Of a stretch of 64,000 nt of DNA, positions 10,834 to 21,591 are shown one piece after another. This DNA is from Eubacteriales bacterium. GTDB lineage: Bacteria; Bacillota; Clostridia; Oscillospirales; SIG627. Position 1 is the stretch's first letter; each line of letters begins with the position of its first letter. The stretch lies in contig JAZQMO010000010.1 in the NCBI GenBank assembly GCA_045543495.1, forward strand, positions 2,240 through 66,239, in the 5' to 3' direction. A model generated the notes under the pieces. It saw nothing but the letters and a program-made list of their open reading frames with translations, did no database searches and had not been told where the DNA came from. Made by a program: the position numbers and the translations under genes.

Positions 10834-11337
10834 ATGGCACAGAAAATTGATGCGGCTACTCTCGATCTGAGAGAAGACGTAGTATACACCAAAAGCGTTT
10901 CCAAAACCGTAAAGGGCGGCCGTGTTCGTAAGTTCTCCGCACTGGTTGTTGTGGGTGACGGTCAGGGTCACGTAGGCTACGGCCTCGGAAAAGCATCCGA
11001 GCGTCCCGAAGCAGTCCGCAAGGGCGTGGAAGACGCAAAGAAAAATATGATCGAAGTTTCCATGAAGGGAACCACGATTCCTCACGAGATTATCGGTGAA
11101 TTCGGCGCAGGCCGCGTTCTGTTGAAGCCCGCTCCCAAGGGTACCGGTATCATCGCAGGCGGTAAGGTTAAGAGTGTTCTGCAGCTGGCAGGCATTTCTG
11201 ACATCCGTGCAAAGTGCCTGGGTACCAACAACCCCGGCAACGTTGTCAAAGCTACTTTTGAAGGACTTCGCACCCTCCGCTCCGCTCAGCAGGTTGCTGA
11301 AATGCGCGGCAAGAGTGTAGAGGAAATTCTGAACTGA
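10834..11337 (+). CDS. rpsE: 30S ribosomal protein S5
   Basis: [22 protein letters not shown]. Confidence 0.98.
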   Translation: MAQKIDAATLDLREDVVYTKSVSKTVKGGRVRKFSALVVVGDGQGHVGYGLGKASERPEAVRKGVEDAKKNMIEVSMKGTTIPHEIIGEFGAGRVLLKPAPKGTGIIAGGKVKSVLQLAGISDIRAKCLGTNNPGNVVKATFEGLRTLRSAQQVAEMRGKSVEEILN

Positions 11338-11353
11338 ACGAGGAGGAGAAACA

Positions 11354-11530
11354 ATGGCTCTTAAAATTACGCTCGAGAAAAGCCTTATCGGCAGACTCGA
11401 AAAGCAGAAGAAGACTGCTGCTTCTCTCGGTCTGAAGAAGATCGGCGATTTCACCGTTCAGGAAGACAACGCAGCAGTGAAGGGCAAAATCGAAGTGATC
11501 AAGCACATGGTCCGCGTCGAGAACGCCTGA
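11354..11530 (+). CDS. rpmD: 50S ribosomal protein L30 (not in ORF track)
   Basis: Manual translation MALKITLEKSLIGRLEKQKKTAASLGLKKIG...HMVRVENA, 58 aa, SD AGGAGG, between rpsE and rplO. Confidence 0.96.
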   Translation: MALKITLEKSLIGRLEKQKKTAASLGLKKIGDFTVQEDNAAVKGKIEVIKHMVRVENA

Positions 11531-11548
11531 GAAAAATAGGAGGAACAT

Positions 11549-11992
11549 ATGAAGCTTCATGAATTAGCTCCCGCAGTGCCTACCAAAAAGGCATGGCGCA
11601 AGGGCAGAGGACCCGGCTCCGGAAACGGTAAGACCGGCGGCCGTGGACACAAGGGCCAGCAGGCTCGTTCCGGCGGCGGTGTTCGCATCGGATTCGAAGG
11701 CGGCCAGATGCCCGCATACAGAAGACTTCCCAAGAGAGGATTCAACAACGCAAGATTCGCTACCGAGTACGCTATCGTAAATCTTTCCGTTCTGGACAAG
11801 TTTTTCGAGGACGGTGCCGTAGTTGATCTGGTTGCTCTCGTGGAAGCAAATTTGATTACGAAGCCGCTCGACGGCCTGAAGGTTCTCGGAAACGGCAATT
11901 TGACCAAAAAGTTGACCGTAAAAGCCCACAAGGTTTCCGATGCCGCCAAGGCAAAGATTGAGGCAGCCGGCGGAACGGTTGAGGTGATCTGA
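11549..11992 (+). CDS. rplO: 50S ribosomal protein L15
   Basis: [27 protein letters not shown]. Confidence 0.99.
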   Translation: MKLHELAPAVPTKKAWRKGRGPGSGNGKTGGRGHKGQQARSGGGVRIGFEGGQMPAYRRLPKRGFNNARFATEYAIVNLSVLDKFFEDGAVVDLVALVEANLITKPLDGLKVLGNGNLTKKLTVKAHKVSDAAKAKIEAAGGTVEVI

Positions 11993-11993
11993 A

Positions 11994-13328
11994 GTGCTGA
12001 AAACATTTGCCAATGCTTGGAAACTTCCTGATCTCCGCAGAAAGCTCCTCTTCACCTTGTTCATCATCGTGATCTACCGTATCGGCTGCGTATTGCCGGT
12101 TCCCTTTATCGATCCCGGTGCTATTGAAGATTGGTTTAATACGGAGACTTCAGGAACGATGCTCCAGTATTTGAACATTCTGTCAGGTAGTGCTTTCTCC
12201 CAAGCAACTTTGTTTGCACTTTCTGTATCCCCTTACATTACCTCCTCCATCGTCATTCAGCTTCTGACCATTGCGATCCCCGCATTGGAAAGACTGTCGA
12301 AGGACGGCGAGGAAGGCAAGAAGAAAATTACTCAGATCACCCGCTATACCACCGTCGGTATTGCTCTGATGACCTCTTACGGCTACTATGTAACCCTGAA
12401 GAGCAGCTCCATCAATGCAATTTCCGATCCCAACTGGTTTAAGGCGATCGTGATCATCTCCTGCCACTGTGCAGGCGCAGCTCTTATTATGTGGCTGGCT
12501 GAAAGAATCAATGAAAACGGCATTGGAAACGGTATCTCCATGATCCTCTTTGCCAACATCATTGCAGCTCTGCCTACGATGGTCACCGGCTTTGTGAAGA
12601 CCCTGAACCTTTCCGGCGGAGAGGTTTCCTTCAAGAGTGTAACGCAGACCATCCTGGTTTATGCTTTGTTTGTTGTGATCGCAGTTCTCATCGTGGCCTT
12701 CGTTGTCTTTATGACCGAGTCTGAGAGAAAGATCACCGTTCAGTATGCAAAGCGTGTGGTCGGTCGTAAAATGTACGGCGGCCAGAGCACTCACCTTCCC
12801 ATCAAGCTGAATATGTCCGGTGTAATGCCCATCATCTTTGCTTCCAGCATTCTGATGCTGCCGGCTACCATCGCAATGTTCTTCCCGGATCCCGCAGAGG
12901 GAAGCTTCTGGGCAGGATTTTTGGGACTGTTCAGCACCACCAACATTGTATATGTTCTCGTAGAATTGGTTCTGATCATTGCCTTCTCTTACTTCTACCT
13001 GGCAATTTCCTTCAACCCTGTTGAGGTTGCCAACAACCTGAAGAAGAACGGTGGCTTCATTCCCGGACTTCGTCCCGGAAAGCCCACCAGCGACTTCATC
13101 GCCAGCTCTTTGAAGAAGATCACCCTCATCGGTGCATTCTTCCTGGCCGTGATCGCAGTGCTTCCTATGCTGATCAACATCATCTCCTCCTTGGTAGGCG
13201 GTGTTGACCTGGGTAGCGTATCCTTCGGTGGTACCTCCATGCTGATCGTAGTCGGCGTGGTTCTGGAAACCGTAAGAGATTTGGAATCTCAGATCACCAT
13301 GAGACATTACAAAGGCTTTCTTGGATAA
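11994..13328 (+). CDS. secY: Preprotein translocase SecY
   Basis: Multi-TM; SPYITSSIVIQLL, GIGNGIS, FIPGLRPG, GGTSMLIVVGV. Confidence 0.99.
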   Translation: MLKTFANAWKLPDLRRKLLFTLFIIVIYRIGCVLPVPFIDPGAIEDWFNTETSGTMLQYLNILSGSAFSQATLFALSVSPYITSSIVIQLLTIAIPALERLSKDGEEGKKKITQITRYTTVGIALMTSYGYYVTLKSSSINAISDPNWFKAIVIISCHCAGAALIMWLAERINENGIGNGISMILFANIIAALPTMVTGFVKTLNLSGGEVSFKSVTQTILVYALFVVIAVLIVAFVVFMTESERKITVQYAKRVVGRKMYGGQSTHLPIKLNMSGVMPIIFASSILMLPATIAMFFPDPAEGSFWAGFLGLFSTTNIVYVLVELVLIIAFSYFYLAISFNPVEVANNLKKNGGFIPGLRPGKPTSDFIASSLKKITLIGAFFLAVIAVLPMLINIISSLVGGVDLGSVSFGGTSMLIVVGVVLETVRDLESQITMRHYKGFLG

Positions 13329-13334
13329 TCTGCA

Positions 13335-13961
13335 ATGAAATTGATTTTTCTCGGAGCGCCCGGAGCCGGGAAAGGAACGCAGGCAGCGCGAATCAGCGCC
13401 GCCCTTGCGATCCCGGCGATCTCAACCGGCGACATCATCAGAGAGGCCATCCGCACCGGATCCCCCTTGGGACTTGAAATGAAAAGCTACACCGATCAGG
13501 GAAAACTTGTTCCCGATGAGCTCGTGGTATCGCTTCTCACTCAGCGTCTTAATAAGGCGGATTGCGAAAACGGATTTATTCTGGATGGCTTTCCCCGCAC
13601 AATTCAACAGGCAGAATTTCTTGACAGATCCGATTGCAAGATCGATCGGGTCGTCAACATTGAGGTAGCCGACGATCGGATCGTCAAAAGAATGGGCGGC
13701 AGAAGATTTTGCCCCCAATGTCAGAAGACCTACCACGTCGTTTACTCCAAACCGGCAGAGGATGGAATTTGTGATACCTGCAAGGTTCCTCTTTCCATTC
13801 GGGAGGATGACAAACCGGAAACGGTTCTCAACCGCCTTGAGGTGTACCACCGCCAGACCGAGCCCCTGATCCGGTATTATCAGGATAAGCTCTTCACGGT
13901 AGACGGTACCCTGACACCGGAAGAAATTACCGAGAGAATTCTTGAGGATCTGAACGCATGA
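13335..13961 (+). CDS. adk: Adenylate kinase (Zn-LID type)
   Basis: GAPGAGKGTQ, LDGFPR, CPQC...CDTC LID. Confidence 0.98.
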   Translation: MKLIFLGAPGAGKGTQAARISAALAIPAISTGDIIREAIRTGSPLGLEMKSYTDQGKLVPDELVVSLLTQRLNKADCENGFILDGFPRTIQQAEFLDRSDCKIDRVVNIEVADDRIVKRMGGRRFCPQCQKTYHVVYSKPAEDGICDTCKVPLSIREDDKPETVLNRLEVYHRQTEPLIRYYQDKLFTVDGTLTPEEITERILEDLNA

Positions 13962-14704
13962 TCAAATTAAAGAATTCTCAGCAGCTTGCGGCAATGCAGG
14001 AGGCTTGCAGGCTGACAATCGCTGCTCTTTACCACGGTGCCGAGATCATCGCACCCGGTGTGGAGCTCGGCGAAATCGATCAAAGGATCCGGCAGTACAT
14101 TGAGAAGCACAAGGGCACCCCTTCCTTTCTCGGCTACGCCGGCTTCCCCAAAAGCTCCTGTATCAGCGTCAATGATGTGGTGATCCACGGAATTCCCGGA
14201 CACCGGGTGCTAAAGGACGGAGACATCGTATCCATCGATGTGGGCGCCTACTTAAACGGCTACCACGGCGACTGTGCGAGAACCTTCCCCTGCGGCAAGA
14301 TCTCTCCCGAAGCCGAGCGGCTCATTCGGGTGACCGAAGAAAGTTTTTATGCTGGGCTTTCTGCGATTCATCCTCAGTGCCGTGTGGGCGACATTTCGGC
14401 GGCTGTTCAGAAAACAGCGGAGGAAAATGGTTTTTCCGTTGTCAGAGAATATGTCGGTCACGGGGTGGGAGAAAATCTGCACGAAGCACCCGATGTACCC
14501 AATTTCGGGATGGCCGGAAAAGGACCTCGTCTTTACGCCGGAATGACCTTGGCCATTGAGCCGATGATCAATTACGGCAAAAAAGAGGTACGTCAGCTTT
14601 CCGACGGCTGGACCGTCGTAACCCTTGACGGCTCCCTTTCCGCACATTATGAAAATACCGTCGCCGTCACGGCAGATGGCGCAAAAATCTTAACCGAACT
14701 GTAA
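13958..14704 (+). CDS. map: Methionine aminopeptidase type I
   Basis: SVNDVVIHGIP, GHGVG..LHEAP, EPMI, SAHYENT. Confidence 0.98.
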   Translation: MIKLKNSQQLAAMQEACRLTIAALYHGAEIIAPGVELGEIDQRIRQYIEKHKGTPSFLGYAGFPKSSCISVNDVVIHGIPGHRVLKDGDIVSIDVGAYLNGYHGDCARTFPCGKISPEAERLIRVTEESFYAGLSAIHPQCRVGDISAAVQKTAEENGFSVVREYVGHGVGENLHEAPDVPNFGMAGKGPRLYAGMTLAIEPMINYGKKEVRQLSDGWTVVTLDGSLSAHYENTVAVTADGAKILTEL

Positions 14705-14734
14705 TGAATGCCAAGATCTAAAGGAGTGATTATT

Positions 14735-14950
14735 TTGGCAAAAGACGATGTAATGGAATTTCAGGGTACCGTAATCGAGACCCTTCCAAATGCCACGAGC
14801 AAAGTTAAGCTTCCCAATGATATGGTGATTCTCGCTTACATTTCGGGTAAGATGCAGCAACACTATATCAGAATCATCCCGGGGGATAGAGTGCTGGTTG
14901 AGGTCAGCATTTACGATCCGACCCGCGGAAGAATCATCAGGCGTCTGTAA
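14735..14950 (+). CDS. infA: Translation initiation factor IF-1
   Basis: TTG start after AAGGAG; [27 protein letters not shown]. Confidence 0.95.
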   Translation: MAKDDVMEFQGTVIETLPNATSKVKLPNDMVILAYISGKMQQHYIRIIPGDRVLVEVSIYDPTRGRIIRRL

Positions 14951-15091
<141 letters not shown>

Positions 15092-15111
15092 TTAAGAGGA
15101 GGAAAAACAGT

Positions 15112-15480
15112 ATGGCACGTTTAGCAGGTGTAGACCTTCCCAGAGAGAAGCGCGTCGAAATCGGCCTGACCTACATTTTTGGTATCGGTCTTACATCTTC
15201 CAAGAAGATCCTCGAAAAGACCGGAATCAACCCCGATACCAGAGTCAAGGATCTGACTGACGATGATCTCGCAAAGCTTCGTGAGATCCTCGAAAACGAG
15301 TACACCGTAGAAGGCGATCTCCGCAGAAACATTGCATACGATATCAAGAGAATGAAGGATATCGGTTGCTACCGCGGAATCCGCCACCGCAAGGGTCTTC
15401 CCGTAAGAGGTCAGAGAACCAAGACCAATGCGAGAACCAGAAAAGGTCCCGCAAAGACCATTGCCAATAAGAAGAAGTAA
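15112..15480 (+). CDS. rpsM: 30S ribosomal protein S13
   Basis: [27 protein letters not shown]. Confidence 0.99.
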   Translation: MARLAGVDLPREKRVEIGLTYIFGIGLTSSKKILEKTGINPDTRVKDLTDDDLAKLREILENEYTVEGDLRRNIAYDIKRMKDIGCYRGIRHRKGLPVRGQRTKTNARTRKGPAKTIANKKK

Positions 15481-15498
15481 AGGAGAGTAGAGGAAAAC

Positions 15499-15900
15499 AT
15501 GGCTGCAGTTACGAAAGCAAAAAGAACTACCAAGAAGCGCCGCGAAAAGAAGAATATCGAAAAAGGCGCCGCTCATATCCGTTCTACTTACAACAACACC
15601 ATCATCACTCTCACCGATGTAAATGGTAATGCCATTTCTTGGGCATCCGCCGGCGAATTGGGCTTTAAGGGCTCCAAGAAGTCCACTCCCTTTGCCGCAC
15701 AGATGGCAGCAGAGACTGCTGCAAAGCTTGCCGTTGACCAGGGTTTGAAGACCGTTGAGGTTTTCGTAAAGGGCCCCGGACAGGGAAGAGAATCCGCCAT
15801 CCGTGCTCTCCAGACCGCAGGTCTTGAGATCACCCTGATCAAGGATGTAACTCCGATCCCCCACAATGGCTGCCGTCCTCCCAAGAGAAGACGTGTATAA
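15499..15900 (+). CDS. rpsK: 30S ribosomal protein S11
   Basis: [25 protein letters not shown]. Confidence 0.99.
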   Translation: MAAVTKAKRTTKKRREKKNIEKGAAHIRSTYNNTIITLTDVNGNAISWASAGELGFKGSKKSTPFAAQMAAETAAKLAVDQGLKTVEVFVKGPGQGRESAIRALQTAGLEITLIKDVTPIPHNGCRPPKRRRV

Positions 15901-15921
15901 TCCAGAAAGGAGAGAGATAAA

Positions 15922-16551
15922 ATGGCTAAGTATACAGGCCCTGCGTGCAGACAGTGCCGCAGAGAAGGCGTAAAGATGTTTTTGAAGGGAGACAGATGCT
16001 TCTCCGATAAGTGCCCCATCACCAGACGTGGCACCGTACCCGGACAGCACGGTGCTGCCCGTGCCAGAATGATGAAGAACTACGGACTTCAGCTCCGTGA
16101 GAAGCAGAAGACCCGTCGTTACTACGGCATTCTGGAGACCCAGTTCAGAAACTACTACAAGAAGGCAGACGCACAGGAAGGTATGTCCGGTGTGAACCTG
16201 CTTATCATGATCGAGCGGAGATTCGACAACGTTGTTTACAGAATGGGATTGGCCGAGAGCCGCAGAGACGCACGTCAGCTGGTTCGTCACGGTCACTTCA
16301 CCGTAAACGGCAAAAATGCTAACATTCCTTCCATGCTTTTGAAGGTTGGCGACGAGATCGCAATTAAGGACTCCAAGAAGGACCGTCCCAAGATCAAGAC
16401 CGTCATCGAGAAGAGCGAAGGAAAGCTTATCCCGAAGTGGATCGAAGTTGATAAGGAGAATGGAAAGGGCAAGATCATTGCAATGCCTCAGCGTGAGGAC
16501 ATTGACTTTGAAATTGACGAACAGCTCATTGTCGAACTTTACTCCAAATAA
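15922..16551 (+). CDS. rpsD: 30S ribosomal protein S4
   Basis: CRQCRREG, QLREKQK, RQLVRHGH, IVELYSK. Confidence 0.99.
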   Translation: MAKYTGPACRQCRREGVKMFLKGDRCFSDKCPITRRGTVPGQHGAARARMMKNYGLQLREKQKTRRYYGILETQFRNYYKKADAQEGMSGVNLLIMIERRFDNVVYRMGLAESRRDARQLVRHGHFTVNGKNANIPSMLLKVGDEIAIKDSKKDRPKIKTVIEKSEGKLIPKWIEVDKENGKGKIIAMPQREDIDFEIDEQLIVELYSK

Positions 16552-16578
16552 TCCCTAAATTTTTAAGGAGGTTATTTC

Positions 16579-17529
16579 ATGATAGAAATCGAAAGACCGG
16601 GTATTAAAACAGTTGAACAGTCCGAGGACGGCTCCCGCGGTGTATTTGAAGTAGAACCCTTGGAGCGTGGCTTCGGAATCACGCTGGGTAACTCCCTGCG
16701 TAGAATTCTGATCAGCTCTCTTCCCGGTGTAGCCGTGACCAGCGTAAAGATCGACGGCGTACTGCACGAGATCTCTACCATCAACGGCGTGAAGGAAGAT
16801 GTACCCGAAATCATCTTGAATATCAAGAGCATTCGCGCAAAGCTTTTCACCAATCAGCCCAAGGTTTGCGTGATCGACGTACAGGGCGACTGTGTGGTAA
16901 CAGCAGGCGATATCAAGTCGGATGCAGACATTGAGATCCTCAATCCCGACCTGCATATCTGTACCGTAGCACAGGATGCGAAGCTTTATATGGAGCTGAC
17001 CTTTGAAACCGGCAGAGGCTATGTGGATGCCGAGCGGAACAAGGCTCAGGGAACTCCCACCATCGGTACCATTTATACCGATTCCATCTTTACTCCCACC
17101 AAGAAGGTCAACTTCACCGTTGACAATGCTCGTGTGGGCGACCGTATGGAGTTTGATAAGCTCACCCTGGAGGTGGAGACCGACGGTACCATTACCGCAA
17201 AGGAATCCATTTCTCTCGCCGCCAAGATCCTCAACGATCACCTGAATCTCTTCATCGATCTTTCCGATGAAGCGAAAAAGATCGAGATCATGAAGGACAG
17301 AGAAGAAGTCGTCAAAGAGAAGGTCCTTGAGATGACCATTGAGGAGCTTGATATGTCGGTTCGTGCCTTCAACTGCTTGAAGCGCGCCGGTATTAATACC
17401 GTTGAAGATCTGATCAATCGTAGCGAGGAGGACATGATCAAAGTCCGTAACCTCGGTAAGAAATCACTGGAAGAAGTCATTCTGAAACTCCAATCCTTGG
17501 GCTTTGAGCTCAAGAAGGAAGAAGAATGA
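16579..17529 (+). CDS. rpoA: RNA polymerase alpha subunit
   Basis: [19 protein letters not shown], alpha-[11 protein letters not shown]...NLGKKS. Confidence 0.99.
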   Translation: MIEIERPGIKTVEQSEDGSRGVFEVEPLERGFGITLGNSLRRILISSLPGVAVTSVKIDGVLHEISTINGVKEDVPEIILNIKSIRAKLFTNQPKVCVIDVQGDCVVTAGDIKSDADIEILNPDLHICTVAQDAKLYMELTFETGRGYVDAERNKAQGTPTIGTIYTDSIFTPTKKVNFTVDNARVGDRMEFDKLTLEVETDGTITAKESISLAAKILNDHLNLFIDLSDEAKKIEIMKDREEVVKEKVLEMTIEELDMSVRAFNCLKRAGINTVEDLINRSEEDMIKVRNLGKKSLEEVILKLQSLGFELKKEEE

Positions 17530-17562
17530 TCTCGTCCCAATACTATCAGGAGGAAAACTGAA

Positions 17563-18102
17563 ATGCCCGGAAGAAAACTTGGCAGAAAGACGGATCATAG
17601 ACTTTCCATGCTCCGCGGTCAGGTAACGTTCCTGCTTGAAAAAGGCAGATTGGAAACTACCGCGACCCGTGCAAAGGAAGTTCAGAGTCTTGCTGAAAAA
17701 ATGATTACCCTCGGAAAGAAGAACACCCTGGCTTCCAGAAGACAGGCTCTTTCCTTTATTACCAAAGAGGACGTTGTTAAGAAGCTCTTTGATGAGATCG
17801 CTCCTTCCTATGAGGGAAGATGCGGCGGTTACACCAGAGTGATCCTGACCGGTCCCCGTCGCGGCGATGCTGCTGAAATGGCCATTATCGAGCTGGTTCT
17901 CGACGAAAAGGAAGAGAAGAAGCCCGCTAAGAAGGCTACCAAGAAGGCTCCTGCGAAGAAGGCTACCAAGGCTGAAGAGAAGAAAGAGGAAGCTGTTGAG
18001 GCTCCCGCTGAAGCTCCTGCCGAAGCTCCTGCCGAAGCTCCCGCTGAAGCTCCCGCCGAGGCTCCTGCCGAAGCTCCCGCCGAAGAAGCAAAGACTGAGT
18101 AA
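17563..18102 (+). CDS. rplQ: 50S ribosomal protein L17 with low-complexity C-terminal tail
   Basis: [28 protein letters not shown]; then Lys/Ala-rich segment and (APAE)7. Confidence 0.98.
   Translation: MPGRKLGRKTDHRLSMLRGQVTFLLEKGRLETTATRAKEVQSLAEKMITLGKKNTLASRRQALSFITKEDVVKKLFDEIAPSYEGRCGGYTRVILTGPRRGDAAEMAIIELVLDEKEEKKPAKKATKKAPAKKATKAEEKKEEAVEAPAEAPAEAPAEAPAEAPAEAPAEAPAEEAKTE
18001..18084 (+). repeat. 7 x 12-bp coding tandem repeat GCTCCYGCYGAR (APAE)
   Basis: Seven units read directly, differing only at third codon positions. Confidence 0.95.
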
Positions 18103-18111
18103 TCAAAATTT

Positions 18112-18141
18112 GACCCCGACATTTGTCGGGGTCTTGTTTTT
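18112..18141 (+). terminator. Intrinsic terminator of the ribosomal cluster
   Basis: GACCCCGACA-TT-TGTCGGGGTC followed by T-rich tail. Confidence 0.85.
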
Positions 18142-18184
18142 CCCATTTTTTGTATCTTTTTTCTGAATTTTGGAAATAAATATC

Positions 18185-18213
18185 TTGATAAAACAATGGG
18201 ATTGTGGTATGAT
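18185..18213 (+). promoter_or_regulatory. SigA promoter of pgk-tpiA
   Basis: TTGATA-17bp-TATGAT with TG extension. Confidence 0.65.
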
Positions 18214-18245
18214 AAGATAACTTATTATGAAGAAAGGGAACTACC

Positions 18246-19535
18246 ATGAACAAGAAGTCAGTAAAAGATGTTGAAGTTCGCGGCAAGAGAGTATTCGTTC
18301 GTTGCGATTTCAACGTACCCATGAAAGACGGTGTGATCACCAGCGATAAGAGAATTACCGGCGCCCTGCCCACCATCCGGTATCTGTTGGAGAACGGCGC
18401 AAAGGTGATCCTTTGCTCTCACATGGGCAAGCCCCACAATATTTTCACCGAGGGATTCGGCCTGACCAAGAAGGAAAAGAAGGCTGTTGAGAAACTTCCC
18501 GCCGAAGAGCAGGCAGCTGCCAAGGCAGCATATCTTGCCAAGGCAGGAGACGATAAGAAGAAGCTCACCCTCAAGCCCGTTGCTGTCAGACTCAATGAGT
18601 ACCTGGGCGACAAGGTTACCTTTGCAGAGGATATCATCGGCGAGGATGCCAAGGCAAAGGTTGCCGCTCTGGAGGAAGGCAAGGCCGTTCTTCTGGAGAA
18701 CGTTCGTTTTGATGCAAGAGAAGAAAAGAACGGTGCGGATTTTGCAGAGGCTCTGGCTTCCATGGCAGATCTGTTTGTAAACGATGCCTTCGGCACCGCT
18801 CACCGTGCTCACGCTTCTACCGAGGGAATTTCTCACTACATTCCCGCAGTTTCCGGTCTGCTCATTGATAAGGAGATCACCTTTATGGGCGGTGCTCTGG
18901 AAAATGCAGCCCGTCCCTTCGTTGCCATTCTCGGCGGCGCAAAGGTTTCCGATAAGATCGGTGTGATCCAGAACCTCATTGAAAAGGTTGACACCATCAT
19001 CATCGGCGGCGGTATGGCTTATACCTTTATGAAGGCTCAGGGCGGCAAGATCGGTACCTCCCTTTGTGAGGACGATAAGATGGAGCTTGCTCTCTCCCTC
19101 ATTGCCAAGGCAAAGGAAAAGGGCGTAAAGTTCCTGCTCCCCTTGGATAACAAGTGCGCTACCGCATTTGATAACGATGCTCCCAGCGCCATCTTCGCCA
19201 CCGGCGATATTCCCGATGAATATATGGGTATGGATATCGGTCCCAAGACCATTGAGCTGTACTGTGATGCTGTGAAGGATGCCAAGACTGTGATTTGGAA
19301 CGGACCCATGGGCGTGTTCGAGTTTGAGAACTATGCCGTTGGTACCTGCTCCGTAGCAGAGGCCGTTGCTCAGAGCGAGGCCATTTCCATCGTAGGCGGC
19401 GGCGACTCTACCGCAGCCATTGAGAAGCTCGGCTTTGCCGATCGCATTTCTCACATTTCCACCGGCGGCGGTGCAAGCCTTGAGTTCCTGGAAGGCAAAG
19501 AGCTTCCCGGTATCGCTTGCCTGCAGGACAAATAA
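18246..19535 (+). CDS. pgk: Phosphoglycerate kinase (with ~35-aa insertion)
   Basis: [43 protein letters not shown]. Confidence 0.99.
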   Translation: MNKKSVKDVEVRGKRVFVRCDFNVPMKDGVITSDKRITGALPTIRYLLENGAKVILCSHMGKPHNIFTEGFGLTKKEKKAVEKLPAEEQAAAKAAYLAKAGDDKKKLTLKPVAVRLNEYLGDKVTFAEDIIGEDAKAKVAALEEGKAVLLENVRFDAREEKNGADFAEALASMADLFVNDAFGTAHRAHASTEGISHYIPAVSGLLIDKEITFMGGALENAARPFVAILGGAKVSDKIGVIQNLIEKVDTIIIGGGMAYTFMKAQGGKIGTSLCEDDKMELALSLIAKAKEKGVKFLLPLDNKCATAFDNDAPSAIFATGDIPDEYMGMDIGPKTIELYCDAVKDAKTVIWNGPMGVFEFENYAVGTCSVAEAVAQSEAISIVGGGDSTAAIEKLGFADRISHISTGGGASLEFLEGKELPGIACLQDK

Positions 19536-19545
19536 GGAGTAAATT

Positions 19546-20301
19546 ATGAGAAAGACCATTATTGCAGGAAACTGGAAAATGAATAAGACCCCCAGCGAGG
19601 CCGCAGAGCTTGCTGCTGCCATTGCCAAGATCGAGGGGGCAAAGTGTGAAGTGGTGATCTGTCCCCCCTTCGTAGACCTGTTCTATGCCAAGAAGGCTCT
19701 GGAAGGCTCCAACGTAAAGCTTGGCGCACAGAACTGTCACTGGAAGGAAAGCGGCGCTTACACCGGTGAGATCAGCGCCGATATGCTCATTGAGGTTGGC
19801 TGCGAGTATGTCATCATCGGTCACTCCGAGAGAAGACAGTACTTTGGCGAGACTGACGAGACCGTAAATCTCCGCACCAAGGCCGCCCTTGCAAAGGGGC
19901 TGAAGGCCATCGTGTGCGTTGGCGAGACCCGTGAGGAGAGAGAAGGCGGCGTTACCGAAAAGGTGATCGAGCGCCAGATCCGCCTCGGCCTTGCCGATCT
20001 GACCAAGGAAGAGATGGCAGGCGTTGTCATCGCTTACGAGCCCGTTTGGGCCATTGGTACCGGTCTGACCGCTACCAATGAGCAGGCAGAGGAGGTTTGT
20101 GCCTTCATCCGCTCCTTGATTGCAGATCTCTTCGGTAAGGATGTTGCAGAAGAAACCACCATTCAGTACGGCGGTTCCATGAATGCAGGCAACTGTGCCG
20201 CTCTTCTGGCTATGCCCAATATTGACGGCGGCCTCATCGGCGGTGCGGCGCTCAAGCCTCAGGACTTTGCTGTGATTGTGGAAGCAGGCAGCGCAAACTA
20301 A
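19546..20301 (+). CDS. tpiA: Triosephosphate isomerase
   Basis: AGNWKMN, GHSERR, AYEPVWAIGTG, YGGS. Confidence 0.99.
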   Translation: MRKTIIAGNWKMNKTPSEAAELAAAIAKIEGAKCEVVICPPFVDLFYAKKALEGSNVKLGAQNCHWKESGAYTGEISADMLIEVGCEYVIIGHSERRQYFGETDETVNLRTKAALAKGLKAIVCVGETREEREGGVTEKVIERQIRLGLADLTKEEMAGVVIAYEPVWAIGTGLTATNEQAEEVCAFIRSLIADLFGKDVAEETTIQYGGSMNAGNCAALLAMPNIDGGLIGGAALKPQDFAVIVEAGSAN

Positions 20302-20310
20302 AGCTTTTTC

Positions 20311-20340
20311 AGATAAGGGGCAGTTATGCCCCTTATCTTT
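20311..20340 (+). terminator. Terminator after tpiA
   Basis: AGATAAGGGGCA-GTTA-TGCCCCTTATCT-TT. Confidence 0.7.
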
Positions 20341-20354
20341 ATAAGGAGAAAACC

Positions 20355-21056
20355 GTGCATAAATTTTCCATAAAACTTGCGGCAAAAAAATCGAAATATG
20401 ATGAGGAAGGTTTGGATGGATACGATTGGTACGAAGGGCAGACCAAATGGCCTCTGACCCGTATCATCAAGGTGGTGTTCTGCACCATCAGTGTTTTGGT
20501 TTGGGCTGTGATCCTCTTTCGGATCTATTCCTCCTCCAATGGGGAATTTGAGAAAATGATCCTTCTCAATGACCGTGCCGCTCCCATTTATTATGAAACC
20601 CATACCCCTGTGGTTCGCATCAATTCCTCCACGGAAAATCAAGAGGACAATGCAGCCCTGACCTATTATCCTATCTATCTTCCCGAAACGGAAAATTTGC
20701 AGTTCACCGTACGAATCAACCGCAATCATCTGCCGCCGGGAAAAGGGGAAACGGGCTACACCTTCATTCTCCGTGCCGTCTCGGGAGAGGAGACCACCTA
20801 TTATCCTTTGTCCTACTATGAAAAGGAGAAAACCTTTCAGTATACCTTCTTCCGCCTTTGCTTTGAGGGGGTCAAGTGGGATGATAAGGGAGTTTATACC
20901 TTCCTCCTCTTTCAGGGGGATTATGAGGCTCTTCAAGGGGATCAGCCTTACCCCGTAACCGATTCAAAGTATCACTTTGTTATAAAAAATTCCGAAACCT
21001 ATTGCAGAGAGACCACCCCCAAGCAGGATGTCTTCCGTTTGCTGAAAACAAAATAA
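20355..21056 (+). CDS. Hypothetical single-pass membrane protein
   Basis: GTG start after AAGGAG; one TM near residues 36-57; followed by terminator. Confidence 0.75.
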   Translation: MHKFSIKLAAKKSKYDEEGLDGYDWYEGQTKWPLTRIIKVVFCTISVLVWAVILFRIYSSSNGEFEKMILLNDRAAPIYYETHTPVVRINSSTENQEDNAALTYYPIYLPETENLQFTVRINRNHLPPGKGETGYTFILRAVSGEETTYYPLSYYEKEKTFQYTFFRLCFEGVKWDDKGVYTFLLFQGDYEALQGDQPYPVTDSKYHFVIKNSETYCRETTPKQDVFRLLKTK

Positions 21057-21085
21057 AAGCAGGTCATTTGACCTGCTTTTATTTT
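21051..21085. terminator. Bidirectional terminator
   Basis: AAATAAAAGCAGGTCA-TT-TGACCTGCTTTTATTT. Confidence 0.85.
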
Positions 21086-21126
21086 GTAAATTTGATGCAA
21101 GAGAAAAGAACAGAATCACCAAAGGG

Positions 21127-21591
21127 TCAGTGGAAGCTTCTTTCTGTTCCGTCATAATCGGTCCAAAGGTACCACCAATGCTCGTCGAGCTTTTCGCCTC
21201 TGATAATGTCATTGCCCATTGTATCTTGTTCCAGATACGACTCGGTTTGACCGCCGAAGGTACCGTCTTCGGTATAAACCAAATCCCAGTACTGACCGCC
21301 GAGCATACCTTGTGCATCAATGGAAAAGACAACAAGGCCATCCCCTTTGTGGCAAATATAAGAATACTCCTTAAATTTTCCTGAAGCATTATTCGCTGAT
21401 TCCAAAGAATCAACAGCGATCTTTTCCATCTCGCCCTGATATTGATCAAGGACTTTTTCGCATTGTTCTTTTGCTGAATGATACGTTTTAGGAAGGAGAG
21501 AACGAATCAAAAACCAAAGACCAATGCTTATGATTGCGAAAACAGCAATAAAGGCAGCGATTGAAATACCGATTTTCTTTTCTTTGCTCAT
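21127..21591 (-). CDS. Hypothetical membrane-anchored protein
   Basis: Start reassigned to MSKEKKIG after GGGAG SD; N-terminal TM anchor; AT-richer than flanks. Confidence 0.7.
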   Translation of the reverse strand: MSKEKKIGISIAAFIAVFAIISIGLWFLIRSLLPKTYHSAKEQCEKVLDQYQGEMEKIAVDSLESANNASGKFKEYSYICHKGDGLVVFSIDAQGMLGGQYWDLVYTEDGTFGGQTESYLEQDTMGNDIIRGEKLDEHWWYLWTDYDGTERSFH

